A DNA stretch of 64,000 nt from Nitrospirota bacterium (GTDB taxonomy: Bacteria; Nitrospirota; UBA9217): assembly GCA_963845065.1 (NCBI GenBank), contig CAWJQQ010000006.1, positions 128,001 to 192,000 on the forward strand, written 5' to 3'. The notes below the pieces were generated by a model. It was not told the DNA's origin, made no database searches, and saw nothing but the letters and a program-made list of their open reading frames with translations. Shown here piece after piece: positions 1-13,280 of the stretch (positions within the stretch are counted from its first letter, which is position 1; each line of letters begins with the position of its first letter). Position numbers and translations under genes: made by a program.

Positions 1-524
1 CGCGCCGACGATGCAAGGTGCTGGCCGAAAGCGTCCTGGCTGATTAGAAGCTTATCCTCCTTGATATAGCTCATCATAGAATCGGGCCAGTGAAGCATCG
101 GTGTTTCAAGGAAGGTAATTGTCTTTTTCCCCGTGTTCAAGGTTTGACCAGTTTTGACGATCTTGCAGGCCCATTTTGAAGTATCGAAAAAACGGTCTAA
201 GGCCTTTTTACCCCGCTCAGTAATATAGATGGTAGCCTTCGGGGCGTACGCCATGATGCGGTCGAGACTTGAAGCATGATCGTTTTCGATATGGTTGATG
301 ACAATGTTCTCGATCTTCGCGGGGTCGACAAGGCTTTTGATATTGTCGATGGTGTATTCACAGAAATCGTGTTTTACTGTGTCTATGAGTGTAACGTGGT
401 CATCGAGGATGAGATAGTTGTTGTAGGACGTACCGTGCGGAGTAATATAGCCGTGAAAATCGCGGACAGCCCAGTCAATTGCTCCAACCCAATAAACATC
501 TGGTTTAATCTCTACTGCACGCAT
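1..524 (-). CDS. fprA: Flavodiiron protein (FprA/Roo/NorV family), N-terminal metallo-beta-lactamase domain; continues past the window edge
   Basis: Manual translation from ATG 524 (RBS GAGGAGG): MRAVEIKPDVYWVGAIDWAVRDFHGY...SYNNYLI...NHIENDHASS...TPMLHWPDSM...SQDAFGQH, the hallmark FDP motifs. Not in the ORF track because it is truncated. Confidence 0.92.
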   Translation of the reverse strand, partial: MRAVEIKPDVYWVGAIDWAVRDFHGYITPHGTSYNNYLILDDHVTLIDTVKHDFCEYTIDNIKSLVDPAKIENIVINHIENDHASSLDRIMAYAPKATIYITERGKKALDRFFDTSKWACKIVKTGQTLNTGKKTITFLETPMLHWPDSMMSYIKEDKLLISQDAFGQHLASSA

Positions 525-583
525 GACAGCCTCCTCTTATTGGTCTGGTGAGTTCATACAAACGCGGCGTCCGGAGGGCGTCA

Positions 584-1006
584 CTACGTTTTTTTCTTCT
601 TCTCGCAAGTCGGGCAATAACCGTAAAATTGAACGTTGTTACCCAGAAGTGTGAATTGCTCCGCCATCTCTTTCGGCAGCCCAACGCCGATTTCCCCGGG
701 AATATCAGCGATAGCGCCGCACAGAACACAGATAAAATGATGGTGACAGCTGGTATCCGGGTCATACCGTTTTCGTTCGGGATCGATTGTCAGTTCCCTA
801 AGCGAGCCCGCCTGAGTGAGCGTATTCAGGGTATTATAAACAGTCGCGAAAGACATGGATTGGTGCTTTTTCGACACTACGCGATAGATGTCCTCCGCAG
901 AAGGGTGAGACTTATTACCCTCCAGATACTCCAATATTGCTAACCGCTGGGGAGTTCGCTTGAATTGCCTCACGCTTTCGTTCTTTTGGGTCTGATTCAT
1001 AATCAT
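584..1006 (-). CDS. perR: Fur-family regulator, PerR-like
   Basis: RTPQRLAILE, HPSAEDIY, SFATVYNTL, HHHFICVLCG and C-terminal GYCPTC (two CxxC Zn sites); directly upstream of the flavodiiron gene. Confidence 0.85.
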   Translation of the reverse strand: MIMNQTQKNESVRQFKRTPQRLAILEYLEGNKSHPSAEDIYRVVSKKHQSMSFATVYNTLNTLTQAGSLRELTIDPERKRYDPDTSCHHHFICVLCGAIADIPGEIGVGLPKEMAEQFTLLGNNVQFYGYCPTCEKKKKT

Positions 1007-1034
1007 AAGAACACAATAATTTGGTAGCGATAAA

Positions 1035-1071
1035 TTAGAATAACTATAAACTATAAAATAGTTCCTGTCAA
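1035..1071 (-). promoter_or_regulatory. Sigma70 promoter of perR-fprA with an overlapping Per/Fur-like box
   Basis: Minus strand TTGACA (1071-1066), 17 nt spacer, TATAGT (1048-1043). TTAGAATAACTATAA at 1035-1049 has 2 mismatches to the Bacillus Per box TTATAATNATTATAA. Confidence 0.7.
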
Positions 1072-1121
1072 GTTCAGACCTCGCCGGCTGAAAAGAGACC
1101 GCATGCCTACACCGCTCTCAC

Positions 1122-1154
1122 AAAAAAAGGCAGTCCCTTTGGGGCTGCCTTTTT
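1122..1154 (-). terminator. Intrinsic terminator of the atp operon (possibly bidirectional)
   Basis: AAAAAAAGGCAGTCCC-TTT-GGGGCTGCCTTTTT hairpin flanked by A and T tracts, about 30 nt past the atpC stop. Confidence 0.85.
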
Positions 1155-1183
1155 GGAGTATCGAAACTCTCTGTGCGAGCTCT

Positions 1184-1621
1184 CTATTTTTGACCGTGCT
1201 TCTCAGCCACTTGGAGCCTGATCATGGCGCGTAGTAGCTCGATGCGGTTTTTCTCGTAATCAGCCTGCTCCAGTTTTTCGCTCAGTGCCTTCTCTGCTCG
1301 CTCCTTGGCCTGGCGGGCCTCGGCGATGTCGATGTCGGAAGCGCGGTCAGCTCCTTCTGCGAGGATGATGACCCGGTCGGAGCCCACTTCGGCGTACCCC
1401 CAGTCAACAGCGAGGTGGTGCCACTGAGTTCCTTCGCGGTAGGATAGCATGCCGACCTTAAGTGTAGTCAAGAACGGCATGTGGCCCGGCAAGACCCCAA
1501 ACTCGCCTTCGCTGCCTGGAGCGATCACTTCGTCAACGCGTTCCGAACGGACCACCTGGCGGCTTGGCGCAACGATTTCGAGGAGCATTTTCCCTTTTTC
1601 AGCGACCATCTTTTTTTCCAT
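1184..1621 (-). CDS. atpC: F1Fo ATP synthase epsilon subunit
   Basis: LEIVAP...PGSEGEFGVLPGH...VIILAEGA; follows atpD; start may be ATG 1609. Confidence 0.96.
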   Translation of the reverse strand: MEKKMVAEKGKMLLEIVAPSRQVVRSERVDEVIAPGSEGEFGVLPGHMPFLTTLKVGMLSYREGTQWHHLAVDWGYAEVGSDRVIILAEGADRASDIDIAEARQAKERAEKALSEKLEQADYEKNRIELLRAMIRLQVAEKHGQK

Positions 1622-1676
1622 TCTTCAGTGCTCAATGTGGATTCACCTAGGAAGTGAGGACTCCCGGCGATAAACC

Positions 1677-3122
<1,446 letters not shown>

Positions 3123-3207
3123 TTAAAAAATTGAATTGTAAAATCAAATTGACTTAAAGAAATTGCAGATACCGTTCAAGGTTTCTTGGCAAATTTCTCG
3201 TAGCTTC

Positions 3208-4074
3208 CTATTTCAAAGCTTCCGCCCCACCCACAATCTCGGAAATCTCCTTGGTGATCGCGGCCTGACGCTGCTTATTAAACTTCAGCGTGAGCCGCTC
3301 AATCATATCCTTCGCGTTCCTCGTTGCTGAGTCCATAGCCGTCATCCGCGCACCCATCTCGCTCGCCTGGCTTTCGAGCATCGAGCGATACACTTGGACC
3401 TCGATATGCTTCGGCAGGATGGAGCCGAGGATCGCCTCCGGCGTCGGTTCATAGAGATAGTCAACGGCAGCCATGAATGGATCTGCTTCCGTTGGCGGCT
3501 CTATCGGAAGAAGTTTCTCAAGTGTAACTTTCTGCTGCATAACACTTTTAAACTCATTGTAAAGGAGATAGACCTCATCGGTTTCAGCTGCCGCAAACCG
3601 GTCAACGATATTCTTACCGACATCGGCAGCCTTCGCGTATTCGATCATACCGAGATCAGACCACACTTTACCCAATGTATAAGCTGATCGTTTGCGGAAG
3701 AAGTCGCGCCCTTTTCTGCCCACAACATTCACCTTTACTACCTTGCCTTCAGCAGTGAACTGCTTGATCACTTCCACAGCCTTACGCACGATATTGGTAT
3801 TGTATGCGCCGCAGAGACCTCGATCCGAAGTAAGCACTAGGAGCTTCACGTTCTTAGGCTCTCGTTTGGCCAGAAGCGGATGCTGGGCCCGCTCAACACG
3901 TCCCGCAAGGTTAGCGATAACGGCGAGCATCTTGCGCGAGTACGGTCGCGCCGCAATTACACGATCCTGAGCTCGGCGTAGCTTTGCCGCCGCCACCATT
4001 TTCATGGCCTTGGTGATCTGCTGGGTCTTCTTGACACTGGTTATTTTTCTCTTAATATCTCTTAAGCTGGGCAT
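3208..4074 (-). CDS. atpG: F1Fo ATP synthase gamma subunit
   Basis: TQQITKAMKMVAAAKL, SDRGLCG, RQAAITKEISEIVGGA. Confidence 0.99.
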   Translation of the reverse strand: MPSLRDIKRKITSVKKTQQITKAMKMVAAAKLRRAQDRVIAARPYSRKMLAVIANLAGRVERAQHPLLAKREPKNVKLLVLTSDRGLCGAYNTNIVRKAVEVIKQFTAEGKVVKVNVVGRKGRDFFRKRSAYTLGKVWSDLGMIEYAKAADVGKNIVDRFAAAETDEVYLLYNEFKSVMQQKVTLEKLLPIEPPTEADPFMAAVDYLYEPTPEAILGSILPKHIEVQVYRSMLESQASEMGARMTAMDSATRNAKDMIERLTLKFNKQRQAAITKEISEIVGGAEALK

Positions 4075-4161
4075 GAGTAATTCCTAGGTATCGAGTTTTA
4101 AGTTTCAGGCTTGCCGTTTATCGTTGACTCGAAACTGCAAATTCCAAACTATCGACTGAAA

Positions 4162-6283
<2,122 letters not shown>

Positions 6284-6287
<4 letters not shown>

Positions 6288-6880
6288 GCTTTGCCTCCCA
6301 CTTTGGAGATATACTCTTTAACGATGCGGTCTTGGTCCTGCCTGTCGATCTTATCCTTGATTTTCCCTTCGGCAAGTTCCAAGGAAAGGAGTGCGGCTTC
6401 GGCAGCCAGAGCGGCCTTGGCCTTCATGACCTCAAGATTGATGCCCTGCTTGGCCTGGGCCTTAATGTCCTGTGCCGCTTTTTTGCCCTCTTCTACCAAG
6501 GCCAGCTTGTCCTTTTCGCCACGGGCTTGGGCATCAGCTATAAGCCTGGACGTTTCTACCCCGAGTTCCTTGATTTTCCGTTCCATCTCCGAGAGCGCTG
6601 CAACAGCCCGCTCACGGGTTTCTTTCGATTCCTGCATGGCCTTGGCGATTTCTGCTGAACGGTTCTTAAAAAAATCTCGGACTGGTTTTTTCGTGAAGTA
6701 AACAACAACCGCAGTGATAATAGCGAAATTCACTAACCGCGGCAACCAGTCTCCGACGAAGGTCATCACTTCTTCGCCGCCGCGACCGGCCTCCTCTTGG
6801 GCAAACGCCAGGGAGGAATGGACAACACCGAACAATCCGTACAAGAATGGTGCAAGTTTCTTGAGCACGTTGGTCATCAT
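6284..6880 (-). CDS. atpF: Fo ATP synthase subunit b
   Basis: RLVNFAII membrane segment followed by a coiled coil; start reassigned to ATG 6880/6877, just after the upstream b' stop. Confidence 0.9.
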
Positions 6881-6881
6881 C

Positions 6882-7307
6882 CTACACCGCCCTCCCGAGC
6901 AGTTTGGCAGATATATCCTGAGACAACTGCTCCGCCTCATGCCTGAGGTCGCCGCGTGCCATGGCGGACGCCTCCGCGATCTCGCCACGAGCCTTGTCTA
7001 GCAACTCGCCGCTCGTGGACCTCTCTGCGGCGATCATGTCGCGCCCGACGTCGAGGCCCTGCTGATACAGTGCATTATACATGGTCGTTGCTTTCTGCTT
7101 GGCTTCGGCTAGAGAACCGTTGTATTGGTCAAGAAGGTTCTGCATCCTCGCCTGTGCCGCCTTTGCATCGCTAAAAGCTGAGCTGATGCCCTGCTCGCGG
7201 TCCTGCATGATCTGTCTAATGGGCTTTAAAAGGATTATATTGAGCACGATGAGCAGAATGATGAAGTTGGCAAGCTGAATGAAAAGTGAAGTATTAATAT
7301 CAATCAT
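6882..7307 (-). CDS. Fo ATP synthase subunit b'
   Basis: MIDINTSLFIQLANFIILLIVLNIILLKPIRQIMQDRE, a typical b/b' N-terminus. Confidence 0.9.
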   Translation of the reverse strand: MIDINTSLFIQLANFIILLIVLNIILLKPIRQIMQDREQGISSAFSDAKAAQARMQNLLDQYNGSLAEAKQKATTMYNALYQQGLDVGRDMIAAERSTSGELLDKARGEIAEASAMARGDLRHEAEQLSQDISAKLLGRAV

Positions 7308-7364
7308 ATTCGAGAGTGCCTCTCATGAGGGGAAAACGCCTTTCAGCCTTTGAAAAACGTCAAA

Positions 7365-7393
7365 AAGTTAACATAACAAAAATCTATTGTCAA
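7365..7393 (-). promoter_or_regulatory. Putative sigma70 promoter of the atpF'FHAGDC operon
   Basis: TTGACA (7393-7388), 17 nt spacer, TAACTT preceded by TG-n (extended -10). Confidence 0.5.
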
Positions 7394-7657
7394 GAAATAT
7401 TACCTATAAAATAAATAAATGATCGCACCGTATTTAATTATAAGCAAAAGAAGGAAAAATTCAGCGGTTGCATGGTTGCACAACCAAGGTACTCACGGAC
7501 TGTGATACGGCTCCGGCTCAAGCCCGACGGAGAAAAGCTCGAAAATCATGTCGCAAGCTGTTTCATCAATACTGCGGTACCATATTTCTGATTCTTGACA
7601 CTTTGCCTGGGTGCGTCGCAAGCGCTCAACAAGCCTGCCTGCACACAGGTCGAACGA

Positions 7658-7830
7658 GAGGAGCACGAACACTGCGAATCAACTACCCCATGGATGAATC
7701 AAGGGGTTTGTAACTAAGCTCCGCCGCAGTTCCGTCAAACGGACCGGCCTTGGCATCATCACGCTACGATTGGCTGGTTGATGGCGGCCCGGCGGACATT
7801 TGCCGCCACGATGTGGTCGGCGAGTCCGGC
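7658..7830 (-). ncRNA. Putative omega/reRNA of the TnpB element (right-end scaffold plus flanking guide TCGCAGTGTTCGTGCTCCTC); 5' boundary approximate
   Basis: Position at the tnpB 3' end and right-end hairpin, as established for TnpB systems; expression not shown. Confidence 0.45.
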
Positions 7831-8789
7831 GGACTCGCACGACACACAGGAAAAAATACGTTGAGATTTCCGGTTCCGTTTATCAATATGGCCGCATACA
7901 GGGCATGTATGGGAGGTATTCCGTGGACCAACGAAGATCACCGGGACACCTTTCCGCTTGGCCCTGTATTCGATAAACGACGGTACTAGTTAAACGACGA
8001 TGAATCAGTGTGGCACTCTGACGGCGAAGAACCGTGACCCGCATGCTAATGTCCGTTAGGTCCTCTAGGGCAATCGCGCGCTTCGTGTCTTTCACCTTTG
8101 CTAGAAGCTTTTTGCTGATGCAATGATTGACGTCTTTCGCAAACCGGGCTTCTTTCCCGGAGAGATTCTTTAGCTTCTGTTTCACCCACTAGGTGCCTTT
8201 TTTTGCAACTTAGTGCTGTGTCTCCGGTGCCAGTGACGGACGTTATTCACCATGCTCGAGGAGTGGATCGCACCATCGGAGTCCATGGCGATGTTCTTTA
8301 TCCCGAGATCGACGTCGATAACATTCTGGGCATCGTTTTGCTTTGCGTGCGGCACATCACAGGTCGCCGAGAGGTAGAACTCGCCTTTTCTGAAGGAGAG
8401 GGTCGGATTCGCCTTTTCGGTGAGTCAAAAGTTCTCTCTGACATCCGCAAGAGACGAACGGGATACGGATGCGGCCCTGGGTCGTCCTGATGGAAACGGT
8501 GAAGGCCTTTAGAATCCCAAGAGAGTATGCGATCATCGTAAGCGATCGATCCGGCATGTTTGAATGTTCGTTTTGTTTTCCGAACAAGCTTGTACGAATC
8601 GGAGACTTTGGAAATAACTCGTACGGCTGCTTGTGCGGACAGGCCAAACCGGGTACGAATTCCCTTGTAGCAGAGGTGGTGCAGGTCGTATTGCTTGAAG
8701 CTCTTCGTGGACCAGACTTGTGCGCTTCCGTAGTTGCGGCCAGATTGTTCTTGGGTAGGAAGTAGCATGTTTTGTGATACTAATTTCAC
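7759..8789 (-). pseudogene. tnpB: TnpB RNA-guided endonuclease, multiply frameshifted
   Basis: Fragments across frames: (M)KLVSQNMLLPTQEQ, FGLSAQAAVRVISKV, IAYDDRILSW, RuvC-I VDLGI, NHCISKKL...IALEDL (RuvC-II), PRNTSHTCPVCGH...FSCVSC Zn ribbon, ADHIVAANV (RuvC-III). Confidence 0.9.
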
Positions 8790-8796
8790 AAGGATT

Positions 8797-8825
8797 AATA
8801 TAGCACAACTGCGGTAGTTGTGCAA
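8797..8825 (-). promoter_or_regulatory. tnpB promoter containing an inverted repeat
   Basis: TTGCAC, 17 nt spacer, TATATT just upstream of GTG 8789; the palindrome GCACAACT-N5-AGTTGTGC overlaps the -35 and spacer. Confidence 0.55.
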
Positions 8826-9331
8826 ATTTTTACGGAAAAGAGGCGCCGGTTCCTCCCATGTCTAAGGACAGGGGTTTCCTCGGCGAGGGCGTGATGAATG
8901 GGCCAGGATATCTTTGGAAAAGGGTCGAGAAGAACCAGAAAGAAATGTCTTTTTTTAAAAAAAAATACGGCATCTATGAGAGTATCGGCCAGCCACGAGA
9001 GCATACCAAGCCCAATGCTGATCAATAACATGCTCCTAAAGAGATGGTCGCCCTCAATCAGCCTCCATCATGGTTAACTTTTGCAAGAGCACTGGACGTC
9101 GGATGAATACCGGCATTTAAGGGCCTTCAAGAATAAGCTAAAATATCTTCTTCGTGAGGATTCACCCTTTGCCTCTTATATATATTTTATTGCTAGTATG
9201 CTCCTAGTCCTCCGGACGATCTGACTCACGCCGAAGATTCCTGGCGAAACATCTTATCGAGCTTGCAGCCTATTAAAATATTACCTGCTAGGTAGCGTCA
9301 CTCACAATCGACCTCATATCGTTTCGCCTGT

Positions 9332-9560
9332 CTAAATGCCCGGCACTGCGGTCGCCGTATACTGCCCGCTTTCGACAAGAGTCTGCGCTTGGTTGCGCTC
9401 AACAGTTTTTAAAAAAAGGTATCCCTGGTCGTACTCGCACTGGAGAGACTTGATCTGCTCTATCTGGAGCAACGCTTCAAGACCCTCTGCAATCACATCG
9501 ATATTCATTCCCGGCCAACAGAATCATCCTGACGATCTGCTGGTTCTCGCCATGTGATGG
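9332..9560 (-). pseudogene. C-terminal remnant of an EAL (c-di-GMP phosphodiesterase) domain
   Basis: Manual translation with frameshifts: GENQQIVRMI..GMNIDVIAEGLEALLQIEQIKSLQCEYDQGYLFF...*, matching the EAL tail VIAEGVE..Q...L...C...QGYLF; no intact 5' part. Confidence 0.75.
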
Positions 9561-9839
9561 GCAAAGCTCTACATTAGCTGAATTTCAATCATAACTAACT
9601 GTAAATAAAGATAATTATTATAACAGGAAAGCTCTTGAAAAAATTTGTCCGTGCTTTGATGAATTGGAACAACGTATTAATCTTTAGCCTATGAATATCG
9701 AAGCTGATTTTTATTTTTCCGTTGCTAATAATGGTTTTTTTGATCTCTTCGCATCTCGCTATCACCTCGAAATTACAAAGTCCTTTACTCACCCATCCGG
9801 TGGTGGTAAGATAATATTTCGTTTCGATTCGTCTTTCTT

Positions 9840-12644
9840 ATGGATAAAATCATTATTAAAGGTTGCCGCCAGCACAATCTCAAGAATATCGATCTTGAGA
9901 TTCCCCGGGACAAGCTCGTGGTGATCACTGGTTTGTCAGGCTCGGGCAAATCGTCGCTCGCCTTCGATACCATTTATGCCGAAGGCCAGCGCAGGTACGT
10001 AGAGAGCCTTTCTGCGTATGCGCGTCAGTTCCTAGGCCAGATGGACAAACCGGATGTGGACTCCATCGATGGCCTCTCTCCTGCCATTGCAATCGAACAG
10101 AAAACCACAAGCAAGAACCCGCGCTCAACCGTCGGCACCGTGACCGAAGTCTACGACTATCTGCGGCTCCTCTATGCCCGTATAGGGAAACCGTATTGTT
10201 ACAAATGTGGCAGGCAGATCGCTGCTCAGACTGTCCAGCAGATCACTGACGCAGTCATGGGCCTACCTGTCAACACGCGCATCCAGATTCTGGCGCCAAT
10301 CGTGCGTGGAAGAAAAGGCGAATACAAAAAGGAACTCATGGCCGCAGGCGCATCGGGGTATGTGCGCGCCCGCGTGGACGGTATGATCAAGGAACTCTCC
10401 GAGCCCATCCCGATGGACAAGAAGAAGAAACACGACATTGAGATCGTGATCGACCGCCTCGTAGTCAAGCCCGGAGTCGAGCGCAGGCTCGCCGAATCCG
10501 TCGAGACGGCGCTCCGCCAAGCCGAGGGCATCGTGCTGGTGAATCTCGTTGACGAGAAGCGTGACAACCTCTATAGCGAAAAGCTCGCCTGCCTCATCGA
10601 CGGCATCAGTTATCCCGACATTGCTCCAAACAGCTTTTCCTTTAACAGCCCGCAAGGCGCCTGCCCAACCTGCGATGGACTTGGTGGGCTTCTTGAATTC
10701 GATCCCGACCTCATTGTACCAAACCCTATCCTCTCGCTCCGGGAAGGTGCAATCAAGCCTTGGGCTAAGCGTACATCGTACCAGTATTTCCAGATGCTCG
10801 ATGCCTTGGCACAGAGTTGCGGCTTCAATGTAAATACACCGTTCAAGGAGCTGAAACCAACCCAACAAAAAACGCTATTATTCGGCACCAGTGAGAATGG
10901 GACCAAATCCGCAGTAGGGCGGGGAGTCAACGCCGCTGCATGCAGGCCCTTTGAAGGCATCTTGTCGATCCTGAAGAAGCGCTATGACGAGACCGACTCC
11001 TTCGCAACGCAGTGGGAACTAGAACAGTACATGAGCTACCAGACCTGCCCTGACTGCAAGGGGAGCCGTTTGCGCAGGGAATCGCTTGCCATCAAGGTGG
11101 CCGGCCTCGCTATTAGTGATGTGACTCGCATGAGCATCAAACAGGCCCTTGTTTTTTTCAAGGAGCTCAGGCTCACGGAGAAGGAAACCGCAATCGCTCA
11201 ACGCATCTTGAAAGAGATTAGGGAGCGGCTCGGCTTCATGATCCATGTCGGCCTCGACTACCTTACCTTAGACCGCGGATCATCCACGCTCTCCGGCGGA
11301 GAAGGCCAGCGCATCAGGCTCGCCACGCAGATCGGGTCGTCACTCGTAGGTGTTCTCTATATCCTCGACGAGCCCAGCATCGGTCTGCACCAGCGCGACA
11401 ATCGACGACTGCTCGATACGCTCTTCCGACTGCGCGACCTCGGCAATACCGTGCTGGTGGTGGAGCATGACGAAGAAACGATCCGCTCGGCCGACCACGT
11501 GATTGATATGGGTCCCGGTGCCGGCGTGCACGGAGGCGAGATCGTGGCTCAGGGTACGCCGGAGGAAATCAAAAAGGTTGAACAGTCACTTACGGGCCAA
11601 TACCTCTCGGGCAAGGCGTTCATTCAAGTGCCGCAGACTCGCAGGTCCTATGAAAAATCGATAAGTGTTGTGAGCGCAACGGAGAATAATCTCAAAAACA
11701 TCACCGTACAGTTTCCACTCGGCGTATTTACCTGCGTGACCGGCGTCTCGGGGTCTGGCAAGAGCACGCTCGTCGTGGACATCCTGTACCGCTCGCTGGC
11801 ACAACGCCTCTACCGCTCCACGGAGCGCGCGGGCAAACACAAGGACATCAAGGGCCTAGAGCTCATCGATAAAGTGATCGATATCGACCAGTCGCCTATC
11901 GGTAGGACTCCGCGTTCGAACCCTGCCACTTATACAGGAGTGTTCGGCCCAGTGCGCGACCTCTTTGCCCAGCTGCCGGAGTCCCGCATGCGCGGGTACA
12001 AACCCGGCCGCTATAGTTTCAATGTCAAGGGTGGCAGGTGCGAAGCTTGCGAAGGCGACGGGCTGATCAAGATCGAGATGCATTTCCTGCCGGATGTGTA
12101 CGTGACCTGCGACGTGTGCCACGGCAACCGTTACAACCGCGAGACACTGGACATCAAATATAAGGGGAAAAACATCGCCGAGATCCTAGGAATGACCGTA
12201 GAACAGGCTTTTGACTTTTTTCAGAACGTGCCACCCGTACGCTCTAAGCTCCAAACTCTTTTGGACGTGGGGCTTGGATACATCACACTCGGGCAGTCGG
12301 CCACCACGCTTTCGGGTGGCGAGTCGCAGCGCGTGAAACTTTCGAAGGAGCTATCCCGACGCGCCACAGGCCGTACCCTTTACATTCTTGATGAGCCTAC
12401 GACAGGCCTCCATTTCGCGGACACGCAGAAGCTCCTGGACATGCTGAACCAGCTCGTAAACTCGGGCAACACGGTGGTAGTAATCGAACACAACCTCGAC
12501 GTGATCAAAACCGCGGACTGGATCGTCGATCTCGGTCCCGAAGGCGGAGACAGAGGGGGACAGATCGTGGTTCAGGGAAAGCCCGAAGATGTTGCCAAAG
12601 TTAAGGAGTCTTATACCGGGCAGTTTTTAAGGAAGATTTTGTAG
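9840..12644 (+). CDS. uvrA: Excinuclease ABC subunit A
   Basis: [28 protein letters not shown], two ABC ATPase modules, zinc fingers. Confidence 0.99.
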   Translation: MDKIIIKGCRQHNLKNIDLEIPRDKLVVITGLSGSGKSSLAFDTIYAEGQRRYVESLSAYARQFLGQMDKPDVDSIDGLSPAIAIEQKTTSKNPRSTVGTVTEVYDYLRLLYARIGKPYCYKCGRQIAAQTVQQITDAVMGLPVNTRIQILAPIVRGRKGEYKKELMAAGASGYVRARVDGMIKELSEPIPMDKKKKHDIEIVIDRLVVKPGVERRLAESVETALRQAEGIVLVNLVDEKRDNLYSEKLACLIDGISYPDIAPNSFSFNSPQGACPTCDGLGGLLEFDPDLIVPNPILSLREGAIKPWAKRTSYQYFQMLDALAQSCGFNVNTPFKELKPTQQKTLLFGTSENGTKSAVGRGVNAAACRPFEGILSILKKRYDETDSFATQWELEQYMSYQTCPDCKGSRLRRESLAIKVAGLAISDVTRMSIKQALVFFKELRLTEKETAIAQRILKEIRERLGFMIHVGLDYLTLDRGSSTLSGGEGQRIRLATQIGSSLVGVLYILDEPSIGLHQRDNRRLLDTLFRLRDLGNTVLVVEHDEETIRSADHVIDMGPGAGVHGGEIVAQGTPEEIKKVEQSLTGQYLSGKAFIQVPQTRRSYEKSISVVSATENNLKNITVQFPLGVFTCVTGVSGSGKSTLVVDILYRSLAQRLYRSTERAGKHKDIKGLELIDKVIDIDQSPIGRTPRSNPATYTGVFGPVRDLFAQLPESRMRGYKPGRYSFNVKGGRCEACEGDGLIKIEMHFLPDVYVTCDVCHGNRYNRETLDIKYKGKNIAEILGMTVEQAFDFFQNVPPVRSKLQTLLDVGLGYITLGQSATTLSGGESQRVKLSKELSRRATGRTLYILDEPTTGLHFADTQKLLDMLNQLVNSGNTVVVIEHNLDVIKTADWIVDLGPEGGDRGGQIVVQGKPEDVAKVKESYTGQFLRKIL

Positions 12645-12729
12645 CACCATGCCTTTTTTCACTTGCATTATGCGGTGCATCGTATATCCTTGTATCCTGC
12701 TATTCTTTTATTAGATATCTGGAGGTTCA

Positions 12730-13206
12730 ATGAACCGCATTCTGTTCTGTTTCGCCGTCATCATCCTACTCATCATTGCATCTGCCTGTAGCGCTAAAAA
12801 ACCGATCCAGCAAACTGCATACAAAAGTAAAACAATCCTCGCCGTCCTAAGGGATATGGACAAGTACTATGAAAAGAAAGACCTCGACTCGTTCATGTCT
12901 GACATATCCACGTCATACCTTGACCGGGATGCTTTCGCGAAATCCCTAGCCGCTGTATTCTCGAAGTATGATTCTATCCATTTCAATATTCAGTTCGCCA
13001 AGATGATCATACTGATTGACCAGGAAAGAAAGATGAGGGTGTCTTTTACGTGGGACGCAGAATGGACAGTGGCAGGCGGCACGAATGTGAAGGACGGCGG
13101 GAGGATAACGTTGATTTTTGAGCCGGGCGACTTTAAACTCATTTCGATTGATGGCAAAAACCCCTTCCTGGCTCATCCGGGAGAAACGCCAGGCAGCAAG
13201 CAATAG
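12730..13206 (+). CDS. Putative lipoprotein, NTF2/SnoaL-like fold
   Basis: Lipobox-like IASAC after a hydrophobic stretch; YEKKDLDSFMSDIS..Y pattern. Confidence 0.6.
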   Translation: MNRILFCFAVIILLIIASACSAKKPIQQTAYKSKTILAVLRDMDKYYEKKDLDSFMSDISTSYLDRDAFAKSLAAVFSKYDSIHFNIQFAKMIILIDQERKMRVSFTWDAEWTVAGGTNVKDGGRITLIFEPGDFKLISIDGKNPFLAHPGETPGSKQ

Positions 13207-13280
13207 TTAATCGTAAAAAATGCCGAATTCTCAATCTGGGGTTCATTCGAATGTAAGAACTGAGACTTGAAACGGAAATC

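Larger units (their letters stand above)
7678..8893 (-). mobile_element. IS200/IS605-superfamily tnpB-only (IS1341-like) element, decayed
   Basis: Left-end hairpin region GGAAACCCCTGTCCTTAGACATGGGAGGAACC (about 8850-8880) and right end AAACCCCTTGATTCATCCATGGGGTAGTTGAT (7709-7678); tnpB fragments inside; no tnpA. Confidence 0.85.
7520..9031 (-). pseudogene. Remnant of a membrane/PAS sensor gene split by the IS element (5' part about 8894-9031, 3' part about 7520-7677)
   Basis: The 5' part reads LGMLSWLADTLIDAVFF...LLDPFP. The 3' part reads FAVFVLLSFDLCAGRLVERLRRTQAKCQESEIWYRSIDETACDMIFEL, resembling the linker into a PAS domain (LRESEERYRSIVETA.D.IF). Confidence 0.6.

Noticed and set aside
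7759..8789. TnpB fragments as an active Cas12f or a domesticated TldR regulator
   Set aside because: Multiple frameshifts, IS ends present and no CRISPR array; best explained as a decayed IS.
9600..9839. Possible LexA/SOS box upstream of uvrA
   Set aside because: No convincing CTGT-N8-ACAG or GAAC-N4-GTTC palindrome found.
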